From the NCBI GenBank assembly GCA_965208885.1, contig CBDBPS010000001.1, positions 297,445-361,444 on the forward strand: a stretch of DNA of 64,000 bases. Reading direction: 5' to 3'. Made by a program: the position numbers and the translations under genes. The notes under the pieces were generated by a model. That model was not told the DNA's origin. It did no database searches and saw nothing but the letters and a program-made list of their open reading frames with translations. The first letter of the stretch is position 1; each line of letters starts with the position of its first letter. Source of the DNA: Dehalococcoidia bacterium. Lineage in GTDB: Bacteria > Chloroflexota > Dehalococcoidia > UBA2979. Of this stretch, positions 42,851 through 53,111 are shown one piece after another.

Positions 42851-43537
42851 GCCGGCGGACGAGTCCTCGACCAGCTCGCGGGCGCGTGCGAAGACCGCGT
42901 CGAACATTGGCTCGGTGAGGCGGCCCGTGAACGTGTTCTGCTGGCTCGGGTGGTACGAGCACAGCACCACGCGGCCGTCCGGCAGCTCGAACTCCGCGCC
43001 GTGCCCGAACTTCGGGCGCGGTCGCATCCCCTCGACGGATGCGAGCACGCCCAGCGCCCACCCGCCAAGGGCGAGTAGCACGCGCTGGCTCGACAGCAAC
43101 GCCAGCTCGCGCTCGAGGAACGGCCGGCAGCGGTCGCGCTCCTCGGTGGTCGGGCGGTTCTGTGGCGGTGGGCAGCGCACTGCGGCGAGCACGTAGGCGT
43201 CGAGCAGCGTGAGCCCGTCGTCGCGATGCGCGGCGGTGGGCTGGTTGGCGAAGCCCGCGCGGTGCATCGCGCCGAACAGCCAGTCGCCCGAGCGGTCGCC
43301 GGTGAAGACGCGCCCCGTGCGGTTCGCCCCGTGCGCGGCGGGCGCGAGGCCGACGATGACGAGCCGTGCCGCCGGGTCGCCGAAGCCGGGGACGGGCCGG
43401 CCCCAGTAGTCCCAATCGCGGTACGCCGCACGCTTCTCGCGCGCGACCTCCTCGCGCCACTCGACGAGGCGCGGGCAGGCCCGGCACGCGACGATTTCGT
43501 CGTGTAGCGCGGTCAGCGAGTCCTGCGGGTCCGGCAT
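42842..43537 (-). CDS. Uracil-DNA glycosylase superfamily protein (second UDG-like gene in the window)
   Basis: CRACPRL Fe-S motif, GEAPGA-equivalent GLAPAAHGANRTG region and a YHPS end motif. Start at MPDPQDSLTAL. Confidence 0.65.
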   Translation of the reverse strand: MPDPQDSLTALHDEIVACRACPRLVEWREEVAREKRAAYRDWDYWGRPVPGFGDPAARLVIVGLAPAAHGANRTGRVFTGDRSGDWLFGAMHRAGFANQPTAAHRDDGLTLLDAYVLAAVRCPPPQNRPTTEERDRCRPFLERELALLSSQRVLLALGGWALGVLASVEGMRPRPKFGHGAEFELPDGRVVLCSYHPSQQNTFTGRLTEPMFDAVFARARELVEDSSAGSA

Positions 43538-43612
43538 GAGCCGCCCTCCTGCATCGCGTTCTATCACAGGCGCGTCGCGCTATCCTCGCTGTGCGGCCGC
43601 CTGGAGGGCGTC

Positions 43613-44245
43613 ATGCGCTTCCGCATTCCCAACTCGGTCGCCGGCATCGTGCTCGCGGGTGGCGGGTCGCGGCGGATGGGCGCCGACAAGTGCGCGCTGG
43701 AGCTCGACGGCCGCGCGCTCGTGCAGCGCGCCGTCGACGCGCTCAACGCCGTCGCCGACGAGGTGGTCACCGTGACGGCTCCCGGCCGCCCGCCACCGCT
43801 CGTGCAGTCCACGCGATCGCTGTACCACGCCGTCGACTCGATCGCCGAGGGTGGCCCGCTCGTGGCCGTCCTCGCGGGCCTCGAGGCGACCTCGGCGCCC
43901 GTCGCCGTCACCGTGGCGTGCGACCTGCCATTCGTGCGGCCGGAGCTGCTCGAACTGCTCGTCGAGCGCGCCCGGGCGGGGGCAAGCTTCGTGGTGCCGG
44001 TGCACGAGGGACAGCCGCAACTGCTGTGCTCGGCGTGGCGCGGCGAGACCTCGCCGCTGGTCCGCGAGCGCGTCGAGGCGGGCGACCGTGCCGTGCACAC
44101 CATGCTCGACGTCCTCGACGCCGAGTTGCTGCGGCCCGAGGTGTGGCGCGAAGCGGATCCGGACGGGCGCTCGTTCGTGAACCTCAACACGCCCGAGGAG
44201 CTCACGCGTGCGCTGGCCAGCCTCGACACGTCGGACGATGCTTAG
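43613..44245 (+). CDS. mobA: Molybdenum cofactor guanylyltransferase
   Basis: GIVLAGGGSRRMG N-terminal nucleotide-binding motif. Confidence 0.8.
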   Translation: MRFRIPNSVAGIVLAGGGSRRMGADKCALELDGRALVQRAVDALNAVADEVVTVTAPGRPPPLVQSTRSLYHAVDSIAEGGPLVAVLAGLEATSAPVAVTVACDLPFVRPELLELLVERARAGASFVVPVHEGQPQLLCSAWRGETSPLVRERVEAGDRAVHTMLDVLDAELLRPEVWREADPDGRSFVNLNTPEELTRALASLDTSDDA

Positions 44246-46509
44246 CCGTCGTCGCCGTCCGGGAGCGGGATGAGCTCGCAGACAGCGTTGTAGTCCGGCT
44301 CGCCCGACTCGGGGTCGAGGACCCCATGGGGGAGCAGCGCGTTGCCCTCGGGCCAGTGGACCTGCAGCGTACCCACGCGCAAGCGTGCGATGCGCGCGCG
44401 GCCGCGCAGCTCGCCGGTCTCGGAGCGCAGCAGCACCGGGTCTCCGCGCTCGATGCCGTGGGCGCTTGCGTCGTCCTCGGAGATGAAGACCTGGTCGCGG
44501 CGTGCGCCGGTGAGCGCGTCGTGGTCGTCCCACACCATGCTGTTGAACTGCTTGCCGCGTCGCGTGGACACGAGGAAGCGGCCTTCCGGGGCCTGGCCGT
44601 CCGGGATGCTCGGCGGGACGAAGCGCGCGCGGCCGTCCGGCGTGTTGAACACGCCGTCGACGCAGAGACGCTCGCCGCCCCACTGGAACTCGTCGCCCTT
44701 CTCGCTGAGGCCGGCGATGGCCTCGTAGGGCGGGATTGTGCGCGCGATCTCGCGGCGGATTGCCTCGGTGTCCTCGAAGTGGATGAGGTCGCGGCGGGCG
44801 GGGTCGGCGCGCCTCGCGATCTCGGTGGCGATCTCCCACTCGGCGCGCGCCTCGCCGACGCGGCGACCGGGGATCTCCGGGCTGAAGATGACGCGTCGCT
44901 CCATGCTCGTCTCGGTCACGCCGCCCGGTGTCTCATAGCGCGTCGCGGCGGGGAGGATGATCGACACGTCGGTCGGTTCGAGGAGCATCATCGGGTTCGC
45001 CACGATGTCCTGGAAGATGCGCACCGGCACCCGCTCGAGCGCTTCGCGCACGAACTCCGGGTCCGGCATCGTCTCGAGGAAGTCGCCGCCGAGCGCGTAC
45101 AACACGTCGATGCGTCCTTCGTGCATCGCGTCCAGCGAGGTGGAGACGCTGAGGCCGGGGCCGCGAGGGACCTCGAAGCCCCACGCCTCCGAGATGTCGG
45201 CAGCGGCGCTGTCGTCGTAGACCTTCATCCCGAGGCCGAGCGATGTCGGGACGGCGCCCATCTCGGCTCCGCCCTGCACGCCCGAGTGGCCGCGGATCGG
45301 GTTGAGGCCGCTGCCCGGCCGCCCGACGCGGCCCATCGCCAGCGCGAGGTTGGAGATGGCGTAGACGTTCTGCGTGCCGTGGGCGTGCTGCGTCACGCCC
45401 ATACTCCACGCCGTGATCGATGTGCGCGCCTCGGCGTAGCGGTCGGCGAAGCGGCGCACCTCGGCCTCGGGCACTCCGGCGCCAGCCTCGAGTTCCGCCC
45501 AGTCGAGGTACCCGATGTACGCGCGCAGCTCGTCGAAGCCCTCGGTGTGGGCGTGAATGAAGTCGTGGTCGACTCGGTCGGTCTCGATGAGGTGCTTGAG
45601 CGCCGCGGTGAAGAAGGCGGCGTCGCCGCCGATCTGCACCTCGAAGTGATCGTCGAGGATCTTCGTGCCGAACAGCGCGCTCTCCGGTGACGAGGGCACC
45701 CAGTACCGCTCGAGGCCCTCCTCGAGGTACGGGTTCACGCTGACGACCTGTGTACCGGCCTTCTTGGCCATGTAGAGGTACTTCATCGCGACCGGCTGGT
45801 TGTTCGCGAGGTTCGTGCCGGCGAGGACGATGAGGTCGCTGCCGATCCAGTCGGCGTAGCTGTTCGTCGTCGCGCCGTAGCCGATGGTCTGCTCGAGGGC
45901 CATCGTGCTCGGCGCGTGGCAGATGCGCGCCGAGTTGTCGATGTTGTTGGTGCCGAGGAACCTCGCGACCTTCTGCACCGCGTAGTACGTCTCGTTGGTG
46001 ATGCCGCGTGACGTCATGAAGATGTCGAGGCGGTCCGGGTCGCGCGCGACCGTCTCGCCGATGCGTTCCGCGGCGAGGTCGAGCGCCTCGTCCCACGAGA
46101 CGCGCGTGTAGCCGGGCTCGCCCTTCCGCCACACCATCGGATACGGCAGCCGGCCGAGCTCGCGCAGTTCGCGCGAGCTCCGCTCGGCCAGCGTGGCTGG
46201 GTCCTCGAACAACTCGTGGTCGAGCGCGCCCATGGTGTTCATGTGCAGCAGGTTGAGCCGCACCACGCAGAGGTGCGTCCCGTCCATCGTCCAGTCGCTC
46301 ATCCCGCTCGTGCCGAGGGCGCAGCCGTCGCAGCAGCCGTCCTTGAGGATGCGCCACGCGAACGGCAGCTCGCGGCGGTTCGCCCACGCCACCTTCGCCA
46401 TCTCGAGGTAGTGATTCGGCTTCGTCGAACCGATGCCATTGGGGACGAGGCCCGCCCAGCTGCGCGGGCCGAGCAGCCGCTTGCCGCGGCGCACCCCGCG
46501 CTTAGCCAT
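44242..46509 (-). CDS. FdhF/YdeP family molybdopterin oxidoreductase
   Basis: N-terminus HYLEMAKVAWANRRELPFAWRILKDGCCDGCALG is diagnostic of the YdeP family. Molybdopterin-binding and dinucleotide-binding domains follow. ATG at 46507-46509. Confidence 0.8.
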   Translation of the reverse strand: MAKRGVRRGKRLLGPRSWAGLVPNGIGSTKPNHYLEMAKVAWANRRELPFAWRILKDGCCDGCALGTSGMSDWTMDGTHLCVVRLNLLHMNTMGALDHELFEDPATLAERSSRELRELGRLPYPMVWRKGEPGYTRVSWDEALDLAAERIGETVARDPDRLDIFMTSRGITNETYYAVQKVARFLGTNNIDNSARICHAPSTMALEQTIGYGATTNSYADWIGSDLIVLAGTNLANNQPVAMKYLYMAKKAGTQVVSVNPYLEEGLERYWVPSSPESALFGTKILDDHFEVQIGGDAAFFTAALKHLIETDRVDHDFIHAHTEGFDELRAYIGYLDWAELEAGAGVPEAEVRRFADRYAEARTSITAWSMGVTQHAHGTQNVYAISNLALAMGRVGRPGSGLNPIRGHSGVQGGAEMGAVPTSLGLGMKVYDDSAAADISEAWGFEVPRGPGLSVSTSLDAMHEGRIDVLYALGGDFLETMPDPEFVREALERVPVRIFQDIVANPMMLLEPTDVSIILPAATRYETPGGVTETSMERRVIFSPEIPGRRVGEARAEWEIATEIARRADPARRDLIHFEDTEAIRREIARTIPPYEAIAGLSEKGDEFQWGGERLCVDGVFNTPDGRARFVPPSIPDGQAPEGRFLVSTRRGKQFNSMVWDDHDALTGARRDQVFISEDDASAHGIERGDPVLLRSETGELRGRARIARLRVGTLQVHWPEGNALLPHGVLDPESGEPDYNAVCELIPLPDGDDG

Positions 46510-47326
46510 CGAGGCGATCCGCGCCGGCATAGACGTTGAACCGGTTGCCACGCGCGAAGCCCGCGAGCAGCAGCCCGAGCTGCTGCGCGAGCTCCACGGC
46601 AAGCGAGGACGGCGCCGAGACGCCGACGACGCCGCCGAGCCGTGCCATGGCCGCCTTCTGCACGATCTCGAAGCTCTGCCTGCCCGACACTACGAGGAGC
46701 GCCGGTGGCAGTGGCCAGACCTCGGTACTCAGCGCGCCGATTACCTTGTCCACGGCGTTATGACGCCCGATGTCCTCGCGCACCACAAGCGCACGGCCGT
46801 CGAGGTCGAAGATGCCCGCGGCGTGGAGGCCGCCGGTCTCGTCGAACGTCGGTTGTAGCTCGCTGAGCTGCTCCGTCAGCCCCGCGACGACCTCGGGGCG
46901 CACCTCGAACTCCGGCGCGCGAGGTGCGAGCAGTTCGACCGCCTCGATCGTGGCCTTCCCGCAGACGCCGCAGGAGCTGGACACGAACATGTTGCGGCTG
47001 AACTGCTCGATGTCGACTTCGACGCCGTTGGCGAGCCGCGCGTCGGCGATCGCGTCATCGCCGAACTCGACCGTCTGAACCTCGGACGGGCGCAGCACGA
47101 CTCCCTCGGTGAGGAGGAAGCCACGCACGAGGTCCGCGTCATCGCCGGGCGTGCGCATCACGACGGCGAGCGAGTGTCCGTCGAGGCGGATCTCGAGCGG
47201 ATCCTCGACGGCCACGGCGTCAACGTCGCCCTGCCCGGGCGCGCCTGAAGAGACGCGGTGGACGTGGACTGCTGCGGATCGTTGGTCTGTGGTCACGAGT
47301 TGATGTGGTGTGTTCCGGTCCGGCAC
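46502..47326 (-). CDS. fdhD: Formate dehydrogenase accessory sulfurtransferase FdhD
   Basis: SSCGVCGK cysteine motif and length. Its stop overlaps the start region of the YdeP-family gene. Confidence 0.85.
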   Translation of the reverse strand: MPDRNTPHQLVTTDQRSAAVHVHRVSSGAPGQGDVDAVAVEDPLEIRLDGHSLAVVMRTPGDDADLVRGFLLTEGVVLRPSEVQTVEFGDDAIADARLANGVEVDIEQFSRNMFVSSSCGVCGKATIEAVELLAPRAPEFEVRPEVVAGLTEQLSELQPTFDETGGLHAAGIFDLDGRALVVREDIGRHNAVDKVIGALSTEVWPLPPALLVVSGRQSFEIVQKAAMARLGGVVGVSAPSSLAVELAQQLGLLLAGFARGNRFNVYAGADRLDG

Positions 47327-47436
47327 GTGCCGGCGTTGGTGTTTGTGAAGCAGGGTACCATCTCGCGCGGCCCCAACCGCTCGCGCTGATCCACAGCCCC
47401 AACGAGGCAGTGCGCGAGGCGTGTTCGAGCTCGTAC

Positions 47437-48216
47437 TCAGCCGGCGTTCACAAGCCGCACGGCATCACCGCGTCGCAGCGCGAGGGCCTCGGCAGCGCTC
47501 TCCTCGCGGACCGCGACCTCGACGTACCCGCTGCTCCCGATGAGTGCGAGCGCCTCGCCCAACTCGGCGTCGGCGTAGGTGCGCAGCAAGGCGAGGTCGC
47601 GGCCCGCGGCGTGGACGCGAGCCTCGCCCGCCTCCGGCAGCATCGAGGCGTGGATGTTGGTGATGGCGTTGCCGAAGCGGTCTACGTGCACCACCTCGCC
47701 TCGCACGCCGTCCTCACCGGCCGCGGGCTCCGGCCACGCGAGCTGCAGCGGCTCGGCCGTGGGCGGCCCGAGGTCGGCGAGTGCACCGCCGCAGGCGAGG
47801 TGGGCCGCCGCGGGCGCGAACACGTCGCGCCCCTCGAACGTCGCACTCGGCGGCTCGCGCCGGAACCGCGGGTTGGTCAGCTCGTGCACAGCATCGATCG
47901 GGTGAGAGCGTGCGAGGAGCGTGAGCAGCCCGTTGTCCGGGCACACCACCCGCTGCCCGGCCACCTCGACGGCGAGCGCGCGGCGTGCGCCGCCGACCCC
48001 GGGGTCGACAACCGCGAGATGGACGGTGCCCGGCGGGAATGTTGGCACGGCGGCGGCGAGGAACAGCGCGCCCTCGACGACGTCGTGCGCCGCGATCTCG
48101 TGCGTGAGGTCATGGACGCGCAGGTCGGGGCACCGCGTCAGCAGCACGCCCCTGACCTGCCCGACGTACGAGTCGCGCGTCCCGAAGTCAGTCGTCAGCG
48201 TGACTATCCCCGGCAC
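47437..48216 (-). CDS. SAM hydroxide adenosyltransferase (DUF62) family protein
   Basis: TDFG..DSYVG and DRFGNAITNI motifs. Start taken at the in-frame GTG (VPGIVTLTTDFG); the ORF extends to 48444 as Arg-rich low-complexity sequence. Confidence 0.65.
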   Translation of the reverse strand: MPGIVTLTTDFGTRDSYVGQVRGVLLTRCPDLRVHDLTHEIAAHDVVEGALFLAAAVPTFPPGTVHLAVVDPGVGGARRALAVEVAGQRVVCPDNGLLTLLARSHPIDAVHELTNPRFRREPPSATFEGRDVFAPAAAHLACGGALADLGPPTAEPLQLAWPEPAAGEDGVRGEVVHVDRFGNAITNIHASMLPEAGEARVHAAGRDLALLRTYADAELGEALALIGSSGYVEVAVREESAAEALALRRGDAVRLVNAG

Positions 48217-48239
48217 GCTGACGACCGCGCCGGCGGGGG

Positions 48240-49274
48240 TTAGCTCGCCTCGGGCCAACCGGCGGGCGTCTCGCCGTCCTCCAGCGCCTGGCGGATGGCC
48301 GTGGCTGCATCCTCGCTGACCCAGGTGCTCCAGACATCCTCGTTGCCGTTGAGCCACCACAGCGCGGCGTCGTTGACGTTGGCGCCCTCGGTGTCGTTGA
48401 GCCACTGGGCCACAACCCGGTACTTGTCCGCGTCGAACGTCCACTCGCGCAGCAGCGCAACCACGTCCGGGGCGCCGGCGACGACATCAGGGTGCACGGC
48501 GATGAGGACCGTCGCGTCCTCGTAGGCGCAGGCCTTCGTGGTGAACCAGCACTCGTCGGTGTACGCGGGCTCCTCGAGCCGTACGAGGTCCAGCACCAGC
48601 GCGGGCTCGTTCGTGCCCCACTGGTAGCCGAGCCACGCCTCACCCTTCTGGTAGGCGCCGTAGAGGTCGGCGTTCGCGGCTGCACCGTCACCGGGGTTGA
48701 TGATCTCGACGTGATCGGAGAGGCCGTAACCCGCGATCTGGGCCGCGTTGACTTCCTCGCAGGCCCAGCCGATGACGCACGACACCAGACGTGCCTTGCC
48801 GCCGGTCTCGGCCGTTGCGAAGAGTTCCTTGAACTTGTCGTCCTTGAGGTCCTCGATGCTGTCGAGGTCCGGGTATTCCTCCTGCAGGTAGGCCGGAATG
48901 ACGAACGAGGACTGCCAGTCGCTGCCGAGGCTGGGGCCGAGCGGGATCACCTCGCCGGCGGACAGTGCTTCGGCCCACGCCTCGTCCTGGTTCGGCAGCC
49001 AGATCTCCATCGTCACGTGGGTGTCGCCGCGGCGCAGGCCCTGGAACAGGGGCAGGGTCGCACCCAGCACTACGTCTGTCGGGTACTCGTATCCCATCTC
49101 GACGAGGTACTGCGCGATGCGATTCTGGATCTGCGCGCTGTCCCAGTTCAGGTCGCTGAAGACGAGCGTCTGCTTCTCGACCTCGTCCCCGTCATCGGAG
49201 TCACCGCATGCGGCAGCAACTCCAAGAGCCACGACGGCCAGGAGTGTGAGGCCGATTCTGAGATACCTCCGCAT
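48240..49274 (-). CDS. proX: Glycine betaine/proline ABC transporter substrate-binding lipoprotein
   Basis: Signal peptide with lipobox (VAAAC) and the OpuAC/ProX fold region. Start at MRRYLRIGL. Coordinates are +/-1 nt because of the reading inconsistency noted in the summary. Confidence 0.75.
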   Translation of the reverse strand: MRRYLRIGLTLLAVVALGVAAACGDSDDGDEVEKQTLVFSDLNWDSAQIQNRIAQYLVEMGYEYPTDVVLGATLPLFQGLRRGDTHVTMEIWLPNQDEAWAEALSAGEVIPLGPSLGSDWQSSFVIPAYLQEEYPDLDSIEDLKDDKFKELFATAETGGKARLVSCVIGWACEEVNAAQIAGYGLSDHVEIINPGDGAAANADLYGAYQKGEAWLGYQWGTNEPALVLDLVRLEEPAYTDECWFTTKACAYEDATVLIAVHPDVVAGAPDVVALLREWTFDADKYRVVAQWLNDTEGANVNDAALWWLNGNEDVWSTWVSEDAATAIRQALEDGETPAGWPEAS

Positions 49275-49343
49275 GACCCTATCCTCTCTCGTTCCCAATG
49301 GTGATAGTGAGGGTATCAGCCTGCGAAGCGCCCGGTCCACTCA

Positions 49344-50417
49344 TTAGCCGGCGCTGCGGCGCTCGTTGTTGTCGGCAGCGATGGCCTGTGTCAGGCGGTC
49401 GATGATGATGGCGAGGAACACGATCGCAAGTCCGGCGATCACGCCGTTGCCGGACTGGTTCTTCTGCAGCGCCCGCAGCACGTCGTCGCCGAGGCCGCCC
49501 GCCGCCACCATGCTCGCGATGGTGACCATGGCCAGCGCCATCAGCGTGGTCTGGTTGATGCCTGCCATGATCGTGGGCAGCGCCATCGGGATCTGCACCT
49601 TCGTCAGCACCTGCCACGGCGACGACCCAAACGCCTGCGCGGCCTCGACCACCTCGGGCGAGACCTGGCGGATGCCGAGGTTGGTGAGGCGGATGACGGG
49701 CGGCACCGCGTAGATGACGGTCGCGAAGATGCCCGCCGGCTTGCCGAGGCCGAAGAACAGGATGCCCGGGAGCAGATACACGAAGCTCGGCATCGTCTGC
49801 ATGCCATCGAGGACCGGGCGCATCAGGCCGTCGGCGATGCGACTGCGGGCGCCCAGCACACCGAGTGGGAACCCGGCTGCGAGCGCGATACCCACCGCGA
49901 CCACCATCAGCGCGATGGTGTCGATGGCGTTGTTCCACAGCCCCATGAAGCCGATGTACAGGAGAGCTGCCGACGTGAAGGCGGTCAGCCTCCAGCGCCC
50001 GACCGCGAACGAGAGCACCGCCAGTCCTGCGATGGCAGCAGGCCAGGGCACCCACCTGAGGACATCCTCGATGGTCACGAGCGCGTGCGTGACCGCGTCG
50101 CTCATGCTGTTGAAGAGCCAGGCGCCTTCTCCGGTCAGCCACTCGACGCCATCGTCGATGGCATCTCCAGTAACTTCCCTGACCGTGCGATCGAGGGTGA
50201 CGGTCCGCGTCCCTGTCGTGGGCGCCTCGGACTGCGATATCGTGGTCGGGAACTCCATCCCTGGGCCCCACACGACCAGGCTGACCACCAGCACGACGAG
50301 CACCGCCATCGCACCAGGCAGCCAGACGTAGCGGGCGCGCAGACTTCCGATCGCGCCACGCTGCGACGGAGCACTCGCCCCGTCAGGACCCTGTCCGGCT
50401 TCGCCGGCGCCCGCCAT
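49344..50417 (-). CDS. proW: Glycine betaine/proline ABC transporter permease
   Basis: BPD-transporter permease signature (EAAQAFGSSPWQVLTKVQIPMALP). Confidence 0.85.
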   Translation of the reverse strand: MAGAGEAGQGPDGASAPSQRGAIGSLRARYVWLPGAMAVLVVLVVSLVVWGPGMEFPTTISQSEAPTTGTRTVTLDRTVREVTGDAIDDGVEWLTGEGAWLFNSMSDAVTHALVTIEDVLRWVPWPAAIAGLAVLSFAVGRWRLTAFTSAALLYIGFMGLWNNAIDTIALMVVAVGIALAAGFPLGVLGARSRIADGLMRPVLDGMQTMPSFVYLLPGILFFGLGKPAGIFATVIYAVPPVIRLTNLGIRQVSPEVVEAAQAFGSSPWQVLTKVQIPMALPTIMAGINQTTLMALAMVTIASMVAAGGLGDDVLRALQKNQSGNGVIAGLAIVFLAIIIDRLTQAIAADNNERRSAG

Positions 50418-51274
50418 CAGCTCGCCTCCGCCGGGGCTGCTCGTAACTCGGCGACGCTCGCCACGTCCTGCACGAAGTCGGCCACGTAGTCGTCGGCAGG
50501 GCGGGTCACGATCTCCTCGGGCGGGCCTTCCTGCACGATGATGCCGTCGCGCATGATCGCGATGCGGTCTCCGAGCTTGATCGCCTCATTGAGGTCGTGC
50601 GTGATGAAGACGATGGTCTTGTGTAGCTGCTTCTGGAGCGTCAGCAGCTCGTCCTGCATCCGCCTTCGGATGAGCGGATCGAGGCCGCTGAACGGCTCGT
50701 CCATGATCAGCACCTCGGGGTCGACGGCGAGCGCGCGCGCGATGCCGACGCGCTGCTGCATGCCGCCGCTCATCTCGCTCGGGTAGTAGTCCTCCCAGCC
50801 CTCGAGCCCGACGGTCTCGATCGCCTCCGCGGCGGCACGGTACCGAGCCTGCTCGTCCACACCCTGGATCTCGAGGCCGTACGCCACGTTGTCGAGCACG
50901 CGGCGATGGGGGAGCAGTCCGTAGTGCTGGAACACCATCGCGATCTTGCTCCGCCGGAACTCGGTCAGCTCCTTCGCGGAGTAGTCCCGGATGTCCTTGC
51001 CATCAAACCGAATCGCACCGCGTGTCGGCTCTACGAGCCGGATCAGGCACCGCGCGAGGGTGGACTTGCCGCTGCCGGACAGTCCCATGACCACAAAGAC
51101 GTGGCCCGCTTCGACCTCGAACGCGACATCACGGAGACCGACCACCGCGCCGAGCTCGTCCTGGATGTCGGCCCTGCTCTTGTCGATATAGGCGGGGTCG
51201 AAGACACGGCTGACGTTGTCGCCGAATACCTTCCACAGGTGCTCGACCTGGATCTGCGGTCGGTCGGGGCTCAT
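50417..51274 (-). CDS. proV: Glycine betaine/proline ABC transporter ATP-binding protein
   Basis: Walker [19 protein letters not shown] signature and Walker B. Start at [18 protein letters not shown] (ATG 51272-51274). The upstream 330-aa ORF extension was rejected. No CBS domains. Confidence 0.85.
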   Translation of the reverse strand: MSPDRPQIQVEHLWKVFGDNVSRVFDPAYIDKSRADIQDELGAVVGLRDVAFEVEAGHVFVVMGLSGSGKSTLARCLIRLVEPTRGAIRFDGKDIRDYSAKELTEFRRSKIAMVFQHYGLLPHRRVLDNVAYGLEIQGVDEQARYRAAAEAIETVGLEGWEDYYPSEMSGGMQQRVGIARALAVDPEVLIMDEPFSGLDPLIRRRMQDELLTLQKQLHKTIVFITHDLNEAIKLGDRIAIMRDGIIVQEGPPEEIVTRPADDYVADFVQDVASVAELRAAPAEAS

Positions 51275-51481
51275 GTCGCTCCCACTACACGCGCCGTCCT
51301 GCGCGGACATCCCGCCCTGCCCGGCAATCGACATGCGGTATCGAGTTCCTGCACAGGGTATACCACCGCCGGGGTGTCGCTGCCCCTGTAACGCCACCCG
51401 CGGAGGGCCTCCGGTACGCAGGTTCGCTATCCTCCGCCCGTGCCCCGCACCCACGCAGCCGGGGCCGGATGGAGGACTCAC

Positions 51482-52363
51482 ATGCGCCACTCGACCGCCC
51501 TGCGGAACCGGCTCGGCGGGCCGGGGATCATCGTCCTGCCCGGCGCCTACGACGCGCTCTCGGCGCGGCTCGCGCAGCGCGCCGGATTCGACGCCATGTT
51601 CACCACCGGCTTCGGCTTCTCGGCCGCAGCCCTTGGCGTGCCCGACTACGGACTGCTCACTGCCTCCGAGGTGCTCGACCGCGTCCGCCCCATCGTCGCG
51701 GCCATCGACGTCCCCCTCGTCGCGGACATGGACACCGGATACGGCAACCCGCTGAACGTCGTGCGCACCGTCCGTGAGTGCGTGCAGGCAGACGTGGCCG
51801 GGATCATCCTCGAGGACCAGGAGTGGCCGAAGAAGTGCGGGCACTTCGAGGGCAAGCGTGTCATCCCCGCCGACGAGCACGCACAGAAGATCCGCGCCGC
51901 CGCCGACGCGCGCGGCGACGACGACCTCGTGATCATCGGCCGTACCGACGCCCGCGCCCCGCTCGGCCTCGACGAGGCGATCCGCCGCGGCCGCCTCTAC
52001 CACGAGTCCGGTGCCGACGTCGTGTTCGTCGAGGCCCCACAGTCCATCGACGAGCTCAAGGCCGTGCGTGAGGCGATCCCGGACGCTCCGCTGTTCGCGA
52101 ACATGATCGAGGGCGGCAAGACACCGCTGCTCTCCTCGGCGGAGCTGCAGGACCTCGGCTACTCGATGGTGGTGTTCCCGCTGGCGGCGCTGTTCACGGC
52201 AGCACAGGCGATCGCGGAGACGTACCGCGCACTCTTCGAGGCGAAGACCACGGCCGGCCGCACCGACGCCATGGTCGACTTCCACGAGTTCGAGGAGATC
52301 GTCGGGGTCCCGGACTGGCAGGAGCTGGAGGGCCGCTACGGCATCGGGGAGGACGTGGCCTGA
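51482..52363 (+). CDS. Isocitrate lyase/PEP mutase family protein (2-methylisocitrate lyase / oxaloacetate decarboxylase-like)
   Basis: [17 protein letters not shown] and [13 protein letters not shown] motifs. ATG at 51482. Confidence 0.8.
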   Translation: MRHSTALRNRLGGPGIIVLPGAYDALSARLAQRAGFDAMFTTGFGFSAAALGVPDYGLLTASEVLDRVRPIVAAIDVPLVADMDTGYGNPLNVVRTVRECVQADVAGIILEDQEWPKKCGHFEGKRVIPADEHAQKIRAAADARGDDDLVIIGRTDARAPLGLDEAIRRGRLYHESGADVVFVEAPQSIDELKAVREAIPDAPLFANMIEGGKTPLLSSAELQDLGYSMVVFPLAALFTAAQAIAETYRALFEAKTTAGRTDAMVDFHEFEEIVGVPDWQELEGRYGIGEDVA

Positions 52364-52375
52364 GTCGTCGGGCGG

Positions 52376-52648
52376 TCAGCTCAGGTTGATGAGCACGAGC
52401 GCCGTGCCGACCACCACGGAACCGATCGTGGCGAGGCCGGTAAGCACACCGACGATCCACATGCCCTGCACCCGCAGTGCCCGGTGCATCTCGGCGGTCA
52501 GCTGCGCCACGGCGAGCTCCAGGTCGGCCTTCGTGACAAGGTCGCTGTGCGCGCCACCGACGACCTCGACGACCGCCTCAGCGGGCGCTTCATCCATGCC
52601 GGCGGCAGTCAGCCGTCCGAATGCCTGGTGCGTGTCGAAGGTGGCCAC
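52376..52648 (-). CDS. DUF1640-like small coiled-coil protein with C-terminal TM helix
   Basis: 90 aa, TKADLELAVAQL...MWIVGVLTGL...TM. A paralog occurs at 62714..62938. Confidence 0.5.
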   Translation of the reverse strand: MATFDTHQAFGRLTAAGMDEAPAEAVVEVVGGAHSDLVTKADLELAVAQLTAEMHRALRVQGMWIVGVLTGLATIGSVVVGTALVLINLS

Positions 52649-52861
52649 GTGCTCACCTCAGGTGCGGCACCATCTTCTTCGATATGTGGAGATACTTGCA
52701 ACATACAATACGGATTCCGGCACGTTATACCCTGCGTGAGGTAACCACGGCCGGAGGGCACCCATGAGCATCCGGCGCGCGACGGGCCGCGGGCTGGGCA
52801 AGCTCTTCAAGTAGCGAGCGCTCAGAGCGCTCGGACCCACGTGCCTCCGGCGTCGGTCAGA

Positions 52862-53101
52862 TCACGCGCCCGTCTTTCGACCGTCCGTCCTCTCAGACGA
52901 CCAGTCCTCGGGCACCAGGCCGTCGCCTACGGTCACGTCCCAGACTCCGCCACCGTTCGCGACCCATTCGTCCCAAGCCGCCTCGTAGGCAGCGCCGAGC
53001 GACCGCTCCTCGGCGCACGCGGGCTCACGGCGTGGGGTCACAGCGTCGGTTGCATCGACTTGACTGGAGCAGCCGTCGTCGATGGATCGTCCGGAAGACA
53101 T
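52862..53101 (-). CDS. Hypothetical small protein
   Basis: 79-aa ORF with strong GC3 bias and non-repetitive composition. No homology recognised. Confidence 0.3.
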   Translation of the reverse strand: MSSGRSIDDGCSSQVDATDAVTPRREPACAEERSLGAAYEAAWDEWVANGGGVWDVTVGDGLVPEDWSSERTDGRKTGA

Positions 53102-53111
53102 GGGGACGAGT

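Noticed and set aside
40211-46387. 431-aa (+), 419-aa (-), 699-aa (+) and 484-aa (-) ORFs
   Set aside because: Frame shadows of the MFS transporter, mobA and the YdeP-family oxidoreductase.
50417-52285. 622-aa minus-strand ORF including proV
   Set aside because: Only the C-terminal 285 aa (from [18 protein letters not shown]) is ABC-ATPase. The upstream 337 aa is antisense to the isocitrate-lyase-family gene and low-complexity.
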